Virus record (IMG/VR): IMGVR_UViG_3300028888_000053
Location: 32,001 to 96,000 of that record
Reading direction: 5' to 3' (one strand)
Source: a virus
Lineage: Duplodnaviria; Caudoviricetes
Length of the DNA stretch: 64,000 nucleotides
How positions within the stretch are numbered: the stretch's first letter is position 1; the number at the start of each line of letters is the position of its first letter. The translations under genes and the position numbers were made by a program. Positions 13,697 through 26,177 of the stretch are shown here, piece after piece. The notes beneath the pieces were generated by a model, which saw only the letters and a list, made by a program, of their open reading frames with translations, ran no database searches and was not told the origin of the DNA.

Positions 13697-14273
13697 TTAA
13701 TATTTCGTATTGGTTTCTTGTTATCAACAAATCATGAAATTTCCATGCCGGAATAAACCCAAGTAATTCACACTTCGCAGGAGTATATTCTTTTAAAAAT
13801 AAACAATATCCAAAATCTGCAATATAAGGCACTCTAAACATATATTTAGGATATGTATGCTGTGCTTTACACTCATCTTGTAACTTATATAATTTTACAT
13901 TATGAAAAGTGATGCGTTCATGAATTCCTTCTGGTTTCTTAACTTGAGGTAAATATTCCTCTTCGTATTCTCTTCTATTAATACAGAAGTAGTAATATCC
14001 ATCCCACTTCATGTGCTTTTTCATAAACATAACTCGTAACTTACGAGCTAATTTATGTTGATATAATTTATATTGTTTCAATCTTTTAATTGGGATGCGA
14101 CCACTTAATAAATAAAACTCATCCGTGCATATATTAATATCGCATCCCAATCTATTATAGGATAGAAACTGATTCCATCCATATCTTAAAATTTTCTTTA
14201 TATCAGATAAAGGTACATTCGGATATTTTTCATGTACCTTGTCAACATAATCAGCAATAGTAGTAATTTTCAT
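13671..14273 (-). CDS. Basic conserved phage protein, possibly IHF/HU-like (200 aa)
   Basis: Complete ORF, Lys/Arg-rich. Its position just before the stabilisation gene matches the paired IHF-like genes of crAss-like phages (synteny-based call). Confidence 0.5.
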   Translation of the reverse strand: MKITTIADYVDKVHEKYPNVPLSDIKKILRYGWNQFLSYNRLGCDINICTDEFYLLSGRIPIKRLKQYKLYQHKLARKLRVMFMKKHMKWDGYYYFCINRREYEEEYLPQVKKPEGIHERITFHNVKLYKLQDECKAQHTYPKYMFRVPYIADFGYCLFLKEYTPAKCELLGFIPAWKFHDLLITRNQYEILNGNYAKHV

Positions 14274-14734
14274 GCTGTATACTATTTTCCATTATTCGTA
14301 TATTCCACTATTTTATCTCGGATTGTATGAGAAACATAAATTGGTTTTTCAATTGTTCTTTCACCTTTTTTCATAAAAAGATAGATCTAATATCCTCTAA
14401 AATTAGATGCATAAGGATCTATGTTAGAAAATTTGGAATATTTAGATCTGACTCTCAAAAAGTCTTTTTTCTCAAAGACCTTCATTTTTAAATAAGATTT
14501 ATATAATTCTCCAGGCAAAAGAAATTGAGCATCATTGTCAACTATATCATTAATAACAAGTTTTACTGATTCTCTAAAGATATTAGCGCATAACTATCTA
14601 CGCTAAAATTCCTTTATATCCGGATCCTCAATTAAATCTCTAAATTTAAACCTTAATTTTTTCAATGGGAAAGTTAAAAATAACTATGTAGCATTCAAAC
14701 AATGTCCGAAATAGAAATCACAATATTTTTTCAT
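14270..14734 (-). CDS. Basic conserved phage protein, possibly IHF/HU-like (154 aa)
   Basis: MKKYCDFYFGHCLNAT*LFL... is open only with TAG read-through (absent from the ORF track). TGA overlaps the next ATG. Confidence 0.5.
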
Positions 14735-14741
14735 TGTATTA

Positions 14742-15443
14742 TTATTTCATTGCTGGTTTAAATGATCTGCCATAAGTCTTCCTCATAAACGAACTCTTAA
14801 CGTCTAAGATATCATTTGCGTCATTCTGATCAAGATGTTCAGGAACTCTGGCAGCATCACAAAATCTATTCCATTCATTCTTTAAAAACTAAGCCTATTG
14901 TATTATTGCAGTGTTATTGGTTGCTAAACCTTCTTTAAATTTCATAACATATGCAACATAACATGCAATGGCTTGTACTTCTCTATCATTTAAAAATGGT
15001 AGACCTTCATCATCTAACATTTCTCCTTCGTATAGAATTAATACTTTGGGAAATGGATGCTGTACATATATTTTATCTCCAATTCTTTCGTAATGAATAT
15101 ATTTTCCTCTTAAATATAAAGGATCTTTGAAGTGTTTTCTTGCTTCACTGTATTCTTCGTTAAAAGAACTAATGATATCACCATTCCAATGAATGCCATC
15201 AGCATAAGTCCAATCTTCTGGCGGAATGGTAACAGCTTCTATCTCATCACAATTACATGGAAGGTCTATGCTCAATGTTACTGGGTCAACTTTACCTACA
15301 TATCTGTAGAATCTTAAATGTTTGGTACCAATTAATGAATGAGCTATTAAGCCCATTTCCTCAAAATCAGAACTATCATTAAAGTCTGTACCGTACAATA
15401 AGTTGGCCTAGAACATTGCTGTATTAAAATTATTTAATGCCAT
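14742..15443 (-). CDS. Tail ring/tubular protein (233 aa)
   Basis: Extends fragment 14895..15398 through TAGs. Contains IDLPCN, DDEGLPFL and AIACYVAY motifs. Size and position are typical of crAss ring proteins. Confidence 0.7.
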
Positions 15444-15453
15444 ATATAATCAA

Positions 15454-16143
15454 TTAACCTGGAGCATGTTGCTATGTATTAGGAGTAATAGGAGCAGCCA
15501 TTCTTCTATACAAATCAACATAATACTTAACCAGTCTATTAGCTATTTCATTATCTAACCATGTATATTGCTAATTTGACAACTCTTGACAGCAATTAAA
15601 CTGTTCAAGTTGTCTTGGATCTTTAAATACAGCAACTACAGATATTGTCTTCATTAAAGGAGCATTAAATATAAAGCAATCATACATTCCATTCTCATTT
15701 GGAGTAATATCAATGTATACATACGGTTTGTCTTTATTTCTCCTTCTATATTTGTGGTAGTATTGCCATTTCTATGATGATAGATAAAACACAAAAGGAT
15801 TCTACCTATCAGGACTCCCTATATATGCAATAGATCTACTTCCAAAATCAGTAATGATTTGAGGTATTTCAAAATGCATTGTAGGTGTTCCAATATTAGA
15901 ATTTGGATTACATATAGAACATCTTTCCAAATCCTTACAATCAACTTCTATACAATTGATCGCTAAGAGTAAATCATTAATTGGCAATATTCCTTTTAGC
16001 TAACTCTCTTTAACTATCTGTAATCGTGTAGAAACTATCGAGTCTTCTATCAATTCCATCGGAAGACTCATATTATTGTGTAGTCCACGTAATCCAGATA
16101 CAACATCCATCTAGATACGTGAAGCTAATTTATCGTACACCAT
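15454..16143 (-). CDS. Tail ring protein (229 aa)
   Basis: MVYDKLASRI*MDVVSGLRG...KYRRR..KPYVYI...VAVFKDPR, with TAG read-through. Includes fragment 15802..15987. Confidence 0.7.
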
Positions 16144-16159
16144 ATTATTATAAATAATT

Positions 16160-16198
16160 AAAGGCGAAGGCTACAATTGCCTCCGCCTTCTTTTTTTT
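16160..16198 (-). terminator. Hairpin/terminator after auxiliary capsid gene (possibly bidirectional)
   Basis: Minus strand AAGGCGGAGGC-AATTGTA-GCCTTCGCCTT, an 11-bp stem with one G-U pair. T-rich tails on both strands. Confidence 0.7.
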
Positions 16199-16242
16199 AA
16201 TTTACATTATGAAAGTTTTTAATATCAAAAAAGCTCTTAATT

Positions 16243-17214
16243 TTATTCGTTGCTCTTAGGGCCCTAAATACCATAAGATGTCATGTCAACAAACTCAACA
16301 CCAATTTCAGTGAGAGCGCTTTCAAAATCCTCTGCGAGGCCGTGCTGTACCCAGAATACATGAGTTGTCTCAGAAGTAATCTGTTCGCCAACACCACCAA
16401 GACCAGCTACCTGACCACGATCCACAATATAGTGGAGGATGTATTCGTCGTAAATAGCACCAGCAGCGGGCATTTCGTCTGCCATAGGTCTCTTCCAGCG
16501 AAGATTTGCAGCGGTAGGAAGACGGAAGTCTTTCTCGAGATGAGCGAAAGTACCAAAGCCTTCAGCTCCACCGATAACAGCGCCTTCAGTTTCTGTCATA
16601 TCAGCAACGAGAACCCAGCGTTCTGCGACACCGGCGGCAGCAGGAACAAACTTCTCAACAGCGAGTTTGGTAATTCTCATATACTCATTAGCAGCAACGA
16701 GATAAGCAACATCACTCATATCCTTAGCGGCAGGAGTCTTAATAGCAGAAACACGCTCTGTACTATCCACTTCCTTAGCGGGTTTCAAAACGGGCTTGTC
16801 AAGGGTAATATTCATGTACTTGTTAAGATTCTTAGCAAGTTCTACCTTTGCTGTCTTGCCTGTTGGAACAGTAAACTCTACATAGAAAGGTTTGCCCTTA
16901 AATACGAAATCATTGGAGAACAGAGGATCTGCATTACCAATCGAACGAATGTAGAGAGCCAAACGATAGATCTGATCTTCACCAGTACTATCTTTTTCAC
17001 CTGCAGTAATCTAAGGAAGTTTGCTCAAATCAATTGTATCAAGCCAAGCGTCATGACCCTCGGTCTTGTAAGCACAAATCTTATGAGTTTCATCCATTTT
17101 GTAAAGACCCTGATGCTTTACATAAACAACCTCACCCTTCTTCTCGATCAAGGGGAGACCGGTGCTATAGTCCTTAAGACTATTTACTAAAGTAGTTGTA
17201 GTAAACTAAAACAT
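16243..17214 (-). CDS. Auxiliary capsid (decoration) protein (323 aa)
   Basis: MF*FTTTTLVNS... extends fragment 16264..16962 at both ends through TAG. GC-richer codon usage like the MCP gene. Size and position match the crAss auxiliary capsid protein. Confidence 0.7.
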
Positions 17215-17280
17215 AATAATTAAATCAATTTAAATTACTCTTCGTAATGTTAATAAATATTATCTATAAACTCATTAATC

Positions 17281-17685
17281 TTAGCTAGCAGCCTGCGATG
17301 CTTGTTGTGCAGGATTAGCTATGGATTGCGACAAAGGAACATGAGTTTGAACTCTTTGATCCGTGGCGTTCTCCATAATAATATGAACTAATTCATTAAT
17401 AATCTCTTGACAAATATAATCAGGATATTCCATAATTTGCGACGTATCCTCAGTTTTGTCAATTTGTTCTTGGGTTAATCTTATGTATTGAGGTGTCTTA
17501 AGATAATCAACATGAACACCGGCTAATTCATAGACCGAATCATCATTGCCATATCTTATTTCCAACCTAACTTTACTTGTATTTCCATAACGATGCTGAG
17601 CATCAGGCTATACTAGATCAATAGTTTGGCCACCAATTTTTGTAGTCCTAGGAAATTCACTAGGAAATTTAACTATTTCTGGCAT
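17281..17685 (-). CDS. C-terminal half of a split tail-ring protein (134 aa)
   Basis: MPEIVKFPSEFPRT...RYGNTSKVRLEIRYG...DYLKTPQYIRLT...MEYPDYICQEIINELVHIIMEN. The DYLKxP strand plus terminal helix is a ring-protein C-terminus with no N-terminal helices. It has its own ATG in AT-rich context. Confidence 0.7.
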
Positions 17686-17710
17686 AATTTTATATTTTTA
17701 ATTCATGTTG

Positions 17711-17743
17711 GTAATTATAATATATCTAATTATAAAAATCAAT
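17711..17743 (-). promoter_or_regulatory. Promoter-like motif ATTGATT-N17-TATAATT upstream of ring C-half
   Basis: Same spacing as the motifs at 4198, 29905 and 50204. Lies about 28 nt upstream of ATG 17685. Confidence 0.5.
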
Positions 17744-17796
17744 TATTGCGAATGTTTATTGAAAAATAGATGTTTTATAACTGAATATTAAGCAGA

Positions 17797-20700
17797 TTAA
17801 TTGTTTTCATCTGTAGAATTAAGAGCATACTTGTCTACAATAACATTCCAATTAAATGCATTAGCACCACTAATCACATCTTTGGCATCCGTCCCATAAT
17901 AATAATCCGCAGTAATTAACCCTTCTCCAGGATTGTTATATGCATAATCAGATATCCAATAAGTTCCATTTTTAAATGTCTAATACTGACTTGTACTTGC
18001 ATCCTAGCCGGCAGCTGGCGCAATTGATGTATACATTTGTTCTGGGAATTTATTACATGTAAAAATTATACTTGTACATTTAGTGGTACAATTTAAATAA
18101 TCAACACCTTTGTCTAAATATTTAGAACAAGGCAAAAAAGTCCCATAATCTTCAGAAGATTCTATCTATGTAAATGCATCTAATGAACCATCATTTTGAT
18201 TTGATTCCCAAAGAGCCCTCCATAATTCCATAACAGGATAACTTGTGGCTATAATGCATCCTCTATAATACACAAGTTCTCTATGTAAATTTACAGTCAA
18301 AATCAATTTTTCACCCACAAAAGAGTCTGCGTAACGCATATATGCAATTGCGTCTTTACAATTTGTTAATGCTGGATTCGGATATGAAGTATATTCATAT
18401 GTGATTCCCCTTGTATCAAAAGAATTAATATATGACACATCATTATCATTTCTTACTTCAAAATAATAAGCAGGAAAATCAATATATACCTCAATAAAGG
18501 CATTATTTTCTGAATCCAGATTACTAAATCCATATCTACTCAACCAATCAGCATATCCATCATCATTATTAACTGTATCATCATAAGCTTCTTTAACCAT
18601 TGCCTATACATCTTCTGTCCATATAGTTTGTGTATGCTATAATTTTATATTAGTGCCATATTGTAATGGATTAAAATAATATTTAATAGTTAACTAATGG
18701 GTTTCATCTTCAGAAACTATACAATGTATATATTTCTTGTCAATATCAGCTAATTCAACTGTCTATTCACCAGCTATTGCAGTTCCCGAGAATCTTGCAC
18801 TAGTAGATTTACAAGTTAAATTACCATCTTTATCAACATAGAAATTAGGATTATCCTTATCTCCAAGCCATAATGGATATTTAGGAGTTGTTTCACTCTT
18901 TTCTACAACAGTAAACTATCCATAAGAAGTGCTGCCATCTTTTAATGTTACAGATCTTGTTGCCAGACTATCAATCTTAGCATTAGCAGCCAATAAGTTC
19001 TAGTAATAAGCAGACTATTCGGATTGAATCTACATCCAATGTTCGGAGTCTTCATACCAATTATTTGGCACAGTTGAAGTATATTTAATGGAAGATTTAC
19101 ACTAGTAAACGGCATATGGCTAATCACCTTCATCAATTATAATAAAATCAATAAAGTCATCAGTACCATCTTTATACTAGAAATCAACCATAGGATGCTT
19201 AAGACTTTTATAGAATGTACGAATTGTAGCACCACGTTGTCCAGAATCTCCTTGTTTACCTTCCTTTACAATAGAAATTGTTTCTTGATCCACTATGACA
19301 TCTTCATTATTTACCTTCTTTGTCAATTGGACTACAATATATTTAGGTAAATTAGCATCTGCATCATAGTGAATTGTATTATTTTCAATTGTAAACTAGG
19401 TTCCAGTATCATCCTTTGCAGTAATACCATAACCTTCTACGCCAATTACAGAATTAATTCCATTAGGAGAAATTTCTTGTGCACCAATCGTTATTGTCTA
19501 TGCAACATCTGCTTTATCATTATTTGTTGCGGTAATAACATCTGGAGTCAAAAGCAAACGATAAGAACTACCATCTTCAGATACATCAACAACTTTTAAT
19601 TTTTGGTATTTATACAATACTGTTGTACCAACTGTAATTGTATAAGTGATAGTATATGTTTCACCTGCAATTAAGTCTGCATTTTCGTTGATTTTAGATA
19701 ATATAACCTAACAATCTCCATTTTTTGTATTAGAGGAATCAGCTTTAATATTAGATCCGTCAGGAAGAGCAATATCAACACTATAATCAGAATCTTGTGC
19801 TTTATAGGTTAATTTTTCAGTGCCTTTAAATACCTAAATAAGTCCTGTTGATACACCTTTTAAAAGGTTATTAGTAATATTGTCATCAACAATGATAGTA
19901 TCATTAGTTAATGAAGCTGTAATACCGCTACTTCCTTGTTCTCCAGCTATACTAAATGTAATCTATTCACGATCAAATAAGACTAAATTATATCCACTAT
20001 TGTTAACTGCATAAGCTTCAACATAGATGCCTTTACAATTTGTTTGATTATATCTATTTAATGCGTTAGCTGGAAAGACAACTGTTTCTCCGTCACTGCT
20101 GGTGTAATATTGAACTTCGTCATTATCTGGATTATTATCTTTCATTACACGTAACATTACGTGTACTCTAGATGCTACAGTATTTATAGTCTCATATTTA
20201 ATTTCTGCTAAATCACCAGAAATTTTCTATAGCTTTACTTCAATATTTTCATCAAAACCAGCTTCTAATATTTGGCCATTATATCTTCTATAAAGTACAT
20301 CATTTGATAACATTAATTTATACGAACTACCATCCTCGGAAATATCAAAGACTTTTACTTTTTGTACAGTTTCAGCAATAATATTTCCTTCATATTCAGC
20401 ACGAATATGAATCGTCCGATATGGATCATCTGCCGATAAATAAGTATTTTCTTTTAACTATAAATAGAAAGTGTTATTACTTATTACTACATCAAACAAA
20501 TCATACTAACCACCTTCTTCGCTAATAGTAACAATATATGGTTTAGTTGTTTCAGATGAATTTTCTGAAGTGATAAAACACTAATTGGTTACATCTTCAA
20601 CGCCCTTCAATAATTTGATATTAGCTTTTGATACTTGTTCTATAACACCATTAGTAGCATTATCATCTAATACCACAACGTCATTATCAATTGTTAAAAG

Positions 20701-23700
20701 ATAAGGAGATGTACCGTCGGTCGTGTGTTGATACATTAAAACAGGATCACCAAAATTATTCCAACGATGATTTAAAGAATTCCATTTTCTTTGAGCCCAA
20801 TAAACATATTTTGATGTTTCTGTTGGCTATAATAAATCGTCAGACCAATGCTTATATTTTCTAGTATCATTAACAAGCTTATCGTAATCTTCAGAAAGCA
20901 CGGGTTCTATGATAGGTAAGAAATCATCATTTGTTTTAGCAACACTGTTTGTTTGCTATACAATTTGATATTTATTGCCAACCTTTACATAACCTCTGCA
21001 ATCATAAGCAATAGTTAAATTTGGATTGATTGTATCACTTAATAAATAAACATATTCAACGCCATTTCCATCCTAACCATCTTTAACAAACTGAATTGTT
21101 TCAGAGTCAATAATTAAATCATTTTTTACAGCCTGAACTTCTAATGCACTAAAATCAGTTAGTATTGTATATGGTATTCCAGCATTTCCAGTTGCAGTGC
21201 CAGTTAAATTAATTTTATACTCATAACCCTATTGCTAAGTAGTATCCATATTAGCAATACTAATATTCATTGGCTAACTTTCACTGTCATTTTGAGAATT
21301 TACATACCCTATAAATTGTATTTGAATACTATTATCATTCAAATTCTATCTAGTTACTTCTCCATTCTTAATCATATTAACAGAAATAGAAGCACTTGAT
21401 GAATTTGCAATACCATTAGAATTAATAGATATAGAATTAGGACTAACTACTAATTTGTAAACTTCACCATTACCAATATCCTTGATAAGAACCTTTTGAG
21501 ACTTACTAAGAACAACAGTATTATTATTTTCATCATCAAATGTAATAGATACATTTACAGTACCAGATGTTTCTACTACAGAAGCATTTGGTTTAAATGT
21601 GAGATGATATGATAAATTACTCTGATCAGTAACTGGCTCAAAGATGTTATTAAGATTACTAGAAACTGTTACATTTATTAACGGATTATTATCAGATACA
21701 TTTACTTGCTGTCCTTCATAATAGATACTAGCCTATGTCTGAGAAACGACTTCCAAATCACCAGAAACAGTATCATCATCAATTATAATATAATCATTAT
21801 CAAGTGTTAAAGCATAATTAGAACTAACACTCTCTCCTGTCTCTCCTTGGTAAGAGAAGGAAATTGGTTCAGTATCCCATTCAAATCCATTAACAAACAG
21901 TTTACAATTTATAATTGTTGAACTATTAACATAATCAAGAAATGCAGAATTACTAAAATCAATTGCAATGGTACCTAATTGAACTTGTTTCCTAGTTATT
22001 TTATAAGTATAATCAGCTCCGACAAATGATAATAAAATATAATTTTTATTAACAGTATCATCTGCATCTAATACTAAATTACTAACCTAATCACCGATAC
22101 TTTCAATTGCATTAAATGTAATTACAGTATTTTTATTAGTTTGTAATGTTCCAAGAACATCTTTATATAATACGTTTGGTGTTACATTTAATACGTAATT
22201 TCTACCATCAGAGTAATTCTATATACGAATATTCTATTGTAATGTAGCCACAACACCAGAACCAGCATCAACATAAGCTGCATATGTAATAGTACCATAA
22301 TATTGATGATCTTTAAATGGATATTGAACAGTTGAATCAAACTTTTCTGGATTTGGAATTAAATAAAATCCGACAGGTTTATTATTCTAATTATCTGCCA
22401 ACATTGCAAATAATCCTGGTTCTACCAATTGATCATTTTCGTCATATATAGACTAGGAAACAATATCTATTAAATATGTTCCCATCTCTTGTACAACATC
22501 TTCGTATTTTAATTCTGGTACAAAATAAGAAGCATTTTTTAAGCTTGAAGCAGTAGTATCATCATCAATTACAAGAGAATGTTGAAAATTTAATACATAT
22601 GGAGAGTATCCATCTTTACCATCTTCTGGCATGATGTATACATCACAATCCTCCTATGCTAGATATTCTTCGTTCTTTTTTAATGTAAATACAGCGTAAT
22701 CCAAATTGGCAAAATCATTACCAGTAATATCAGGCAGTTGAATTATTCCGTTTTCTCCGATTAAAGGTTGTTCACCTGTTCCATGATAAGTTACAGAACT
22801 AAGTACAGTTCTGTTATTTGTATATAAAGTAAGCTAAACATTGAAGTCACTAAAATTAGTTACTTGCTATGTAGTAGCTCCAATATAATGATTAATACTT
22901 AACTAAGCACTATTTCCATATACGTAGGTGCGATCTTTCTTTAAACGAATCTAAGATGGGAATACTTTAATATCATAGAATTCATTAGAATCTAATACTA
23001 TAATCTTCTAACTCTACTACCCTGTATATGTAACAGATGAATCATTTGGATCTACATATTCAAAATCTACTTCTACTCCAGTATCGCCAAAGACTTTAGT
23101 ACAATAGAATGACTTTGGATAATAATTGCTATCTGTATACCCAGAGTCTAATTCCGTATTTCCGTCTACTAATTTAAATTCAGCTGTAGTCTATTCACCA
23201 GGAGTGCGACCTATTTCTTTTACTTCTGTAATTCTATACTAATTACCACTTAACGGCTAACCATGATATGTAATAGTTAATGTGGCATAAGATGTTTTCT
23301 TTAAAGTAGCTTTTGCTTCATCCGATAAATTATTACCTAATAAAGTCTGATTTACTAATACATTTTCATTAATTAAATCACAATCAAAATCAGAGAAAGA
23401 TTCAGTACGTAATTTAGACTAATAGAATACAGCTATCGCCTAGTGGTCTTCAATCTCTTTATCAGGAGATAAGATGTAGGCTTCAATGTAATCGTTTACA
23501 TTATCACCACCACTCAAGAATTGCTACATTACATCCTAAGAGAATGTCCAACTACCATTTGTAGTAGTAATAGGTTCAGAATTCTCGTCTTCACTCCAAA
23601 TTTCTCTTACTGTATTACCATTGGTAAATGATAATTTAAAATAATGTGCGTTAGTAGTATCTACTGCATATTTCTATATCGTACCATCCCAATATAATTT

Positions 23701-24840
23701 ATTGGCAGTACATGTAATAGCAGGAGCTAAATTAGTACTAGGAATATTAATAACACCAGGTGCTACTGTTATTTTATAAGAATATTCTTTACTAGTAAAA
23801 CGCATCTGTTGCATAATGGTCATATTCTAAGCACCAACAGATACTAAGAATCCAACAGCAAAGAATGTCTCAGAATTAACTTTACTTAACACCGAATCAT
23901 CATCGACTGATTTAGTATAAGCCAAAACCTCATCAGTTGATAATTTATCATGATCTGTATCAGCCCATTCTAACCAATATACTTTGGCAGGAACTTCTAT
24001 ACCATTAATAGTAGTAATATCTTGCCCTGTACGAACTCTGAATCCATTTCCATTACCATCTGTAATTGGAGCAAAAGAATCCTGTAAAGCTATCGAACTA
24101 ATATTATTACTAGCAACTGGTTCTCCATTATAAAATACCTATAAAATAGTATAAGAAGCTTCTTTTAATGCTTTATTAGAAACTTTTCCATCAATACTTT
24201 TAGGTATGGATACGTTATAATTTGATAAACTACAACGATAAATATCATTACTTACACTTGTACTTGACGATACTCCACCACCACTCAATAAGAATGGTTT
24301 GGACCACTAAGCATTATTAGTAGTACCATCAAGGCCATAAAGTGTATAATTTCCATTCTATTCAACTTTAAAAAGACCATAACAAGCCCAGATTACCTGT
24401 CTATCATAATCAACTTCAACATTGAAAGATGCAGTCCATTCTGTGTTGTTTATAGCCCTTATTAATTCTTGGAAACTATTTGCTCTAGTAATTGTAGGAA
24501 TAGCAATCTTACTCTAATCAGTCTCACTATTTACTAAATAAGCGAAGATGGCTCGAATATCGTTAGACTAAGCTGCACCTCCGCTTTTAGCAACCAACTA
24601 ATTATCGATTATGTGATATTCCTGAATAGAACTTCTAGTCCCATTCACCCATCTAGCAACAGTAGCACCATCAGGAAGAGAAGAAACACCTAATGTTTCT
24701 TGTAGTGTAGAAATAATCTAATCTTCACTAACATCCCAAGGTCCATAATAAATGTCATTAGATGGCTGTGGGATGCCGTCTCTTAGCGATTGCATTTGAA
24801 ACGGCAATCCACGATAATATATTTGGTCTGTATTTGCCAT
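17797..24840 (-). CDS. Giant repeat-containing fibre/adhesin protein (~2,347 aa)
   Basis: ATG 24840 (MANTDQIYYRGLPF...YYGPWD) to TAA 17797. Fragments 18166 and 19963 are in frame. Beta-rich tandem repeats (L.ND.(I/V)..DD; DG..Y.L...P). Confidence 0.75.
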
Positions 24841-24862
24841 AATAAATAATTATTAATTATTA

Positions 24863-26080
24863 TTATACCTTTGTGACAACAACCTCATACGAGTTGTTCT
24901 AATATGCACCAACTGTAGAATCTCCATAATATACTACAGTATATTCACCAACAGTAATAGATTTCCATCCAGAATGATTTGTCTAGCCCCATAACTCAGT
25001 GTTAAAGGTCTTTTCAGTAATAGTAGTTACATTAAAATCATTTGTCTTAAATGCAAACCATACCACCTTGGTCTATGCTCCATCAAGATTAAATCTATAT
25101 TTAGAAGATGTTACAAATAATCTATTATTAGTTGGATCAGTAATATCTATTTCCATTGCTGGAATTTCATTCTTACCAGTATATATATAACCACCAGGAG
25201 TATATTGCGTAGCACCCTTCTAAATGGCAGTAAATGTCAATGTGTTATTGGATTCATTCTAGGTAAAATCAATATATCCATATCTAAGATTAGGAGTTGT
25301 ATTATCATTAGCAATGACATTTGTGCCATCAAAGTCCAACCAATCAGCATTCCTTACTTTATAAGTATAACCCTATATAGCAGGACTTTCATTGTTGATC
25401 TTCTTCGTACTCGTAACAGTAACAGGTAATTGACCACCAGCAGCTTCAAATTCATTTGTAAACTTATCAAGTAAGAATACATAAGTAGTATTTGGAGTCA
25501 CATCGGTACCTTTAATAATCTAACCATCATCATCCAATTCTATTGGATTAGTAGGACGATCAACAGAAGTATTGACATTATGAATATAATAGTAAGGTCT
25601 ACGAGGTAATGGACGAGCATATAAATTATTCAATATACCAGCCCATAAATCTGCAGTAAGCCTCTATGCTGCAACACTCCAGTAATCACCAGCATTATGA
25701 CAACCATCACGTTTCTTCAATTTGTAAATACATACGCAATTTAAAAGATGGAAATAATCATCTGGTAAATCAACTTCATAAGTGGCACCATATACACTAT
25801 CTATCATTTTAACGTCATCACCAACAACTCCACTAGCACCGCCTTCGAAGTCAGCGTATTCATATGCCTTGTGTGGCTTTAATAATGCGCCGGCTTTTAA
25901 TACGCGCATATTGTCTGTAGTCTGCTAATTAACATCGTAAATATTATACTATTTATTTACAAATTGCTAAATAGCCTTATTGAAAAAATAATTAAAATCG
26001 TCTAATAATACAGAGGGAGCATTCACCTTATTTAATTCAGTTAATACAGCCTCCATAATTTTACGCGCTGTGTATGCCAT
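24863..26080 (-). CDS. N-terminal half of tail-ring protein fused to BACON-like and adaptor domains (405 aa)
   Basis: MAYTARKIMEAVLTELNK...FNYFFNKAI*QFVNK...LPDDYFHLLNC...RPYYY is a ring-protein N-part. It is followed at ~25485-25215 by a BACON signature (AAGG...ADWL...NTT..RYGYIDFT*NES...TAI*). Confidence 0.75.
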
Positions 26081-26127
26081 AATTAAACGTATATAAAATA
26101 TAAATAACTATTATCTAAAAACAATTA

Positions 26128-26169
26128 AAGCCTTGCATTACTCAAACAACGGTGAGTAACACAAGGCTT
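26128..26169 (-). terminator. Long hairpin/terminator
   Basis: Minus strand AAGCCTTGTGTTACTCA-loop-TGAGTAATGCAAGGCTT followed by a T-rich tail. Confidence 0.7.
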
Positions 26170-26177
26170 GAGTATCA

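Noticed and set aside
16342-17190. 282-aa plus-strand ORF
   Set aside because: Antisense shadow of the strongly codon-biased auxiliary capsid gene; no recognisable motifs or expression signals.
17686-25500. Insert in the ring gene as a group I/II intron, intein or transposon
   Set aside because: No RT/maturase, homing endonuclease, transposase, intein termini or terminal repeats recognised. The insert encodes structural-type domains.
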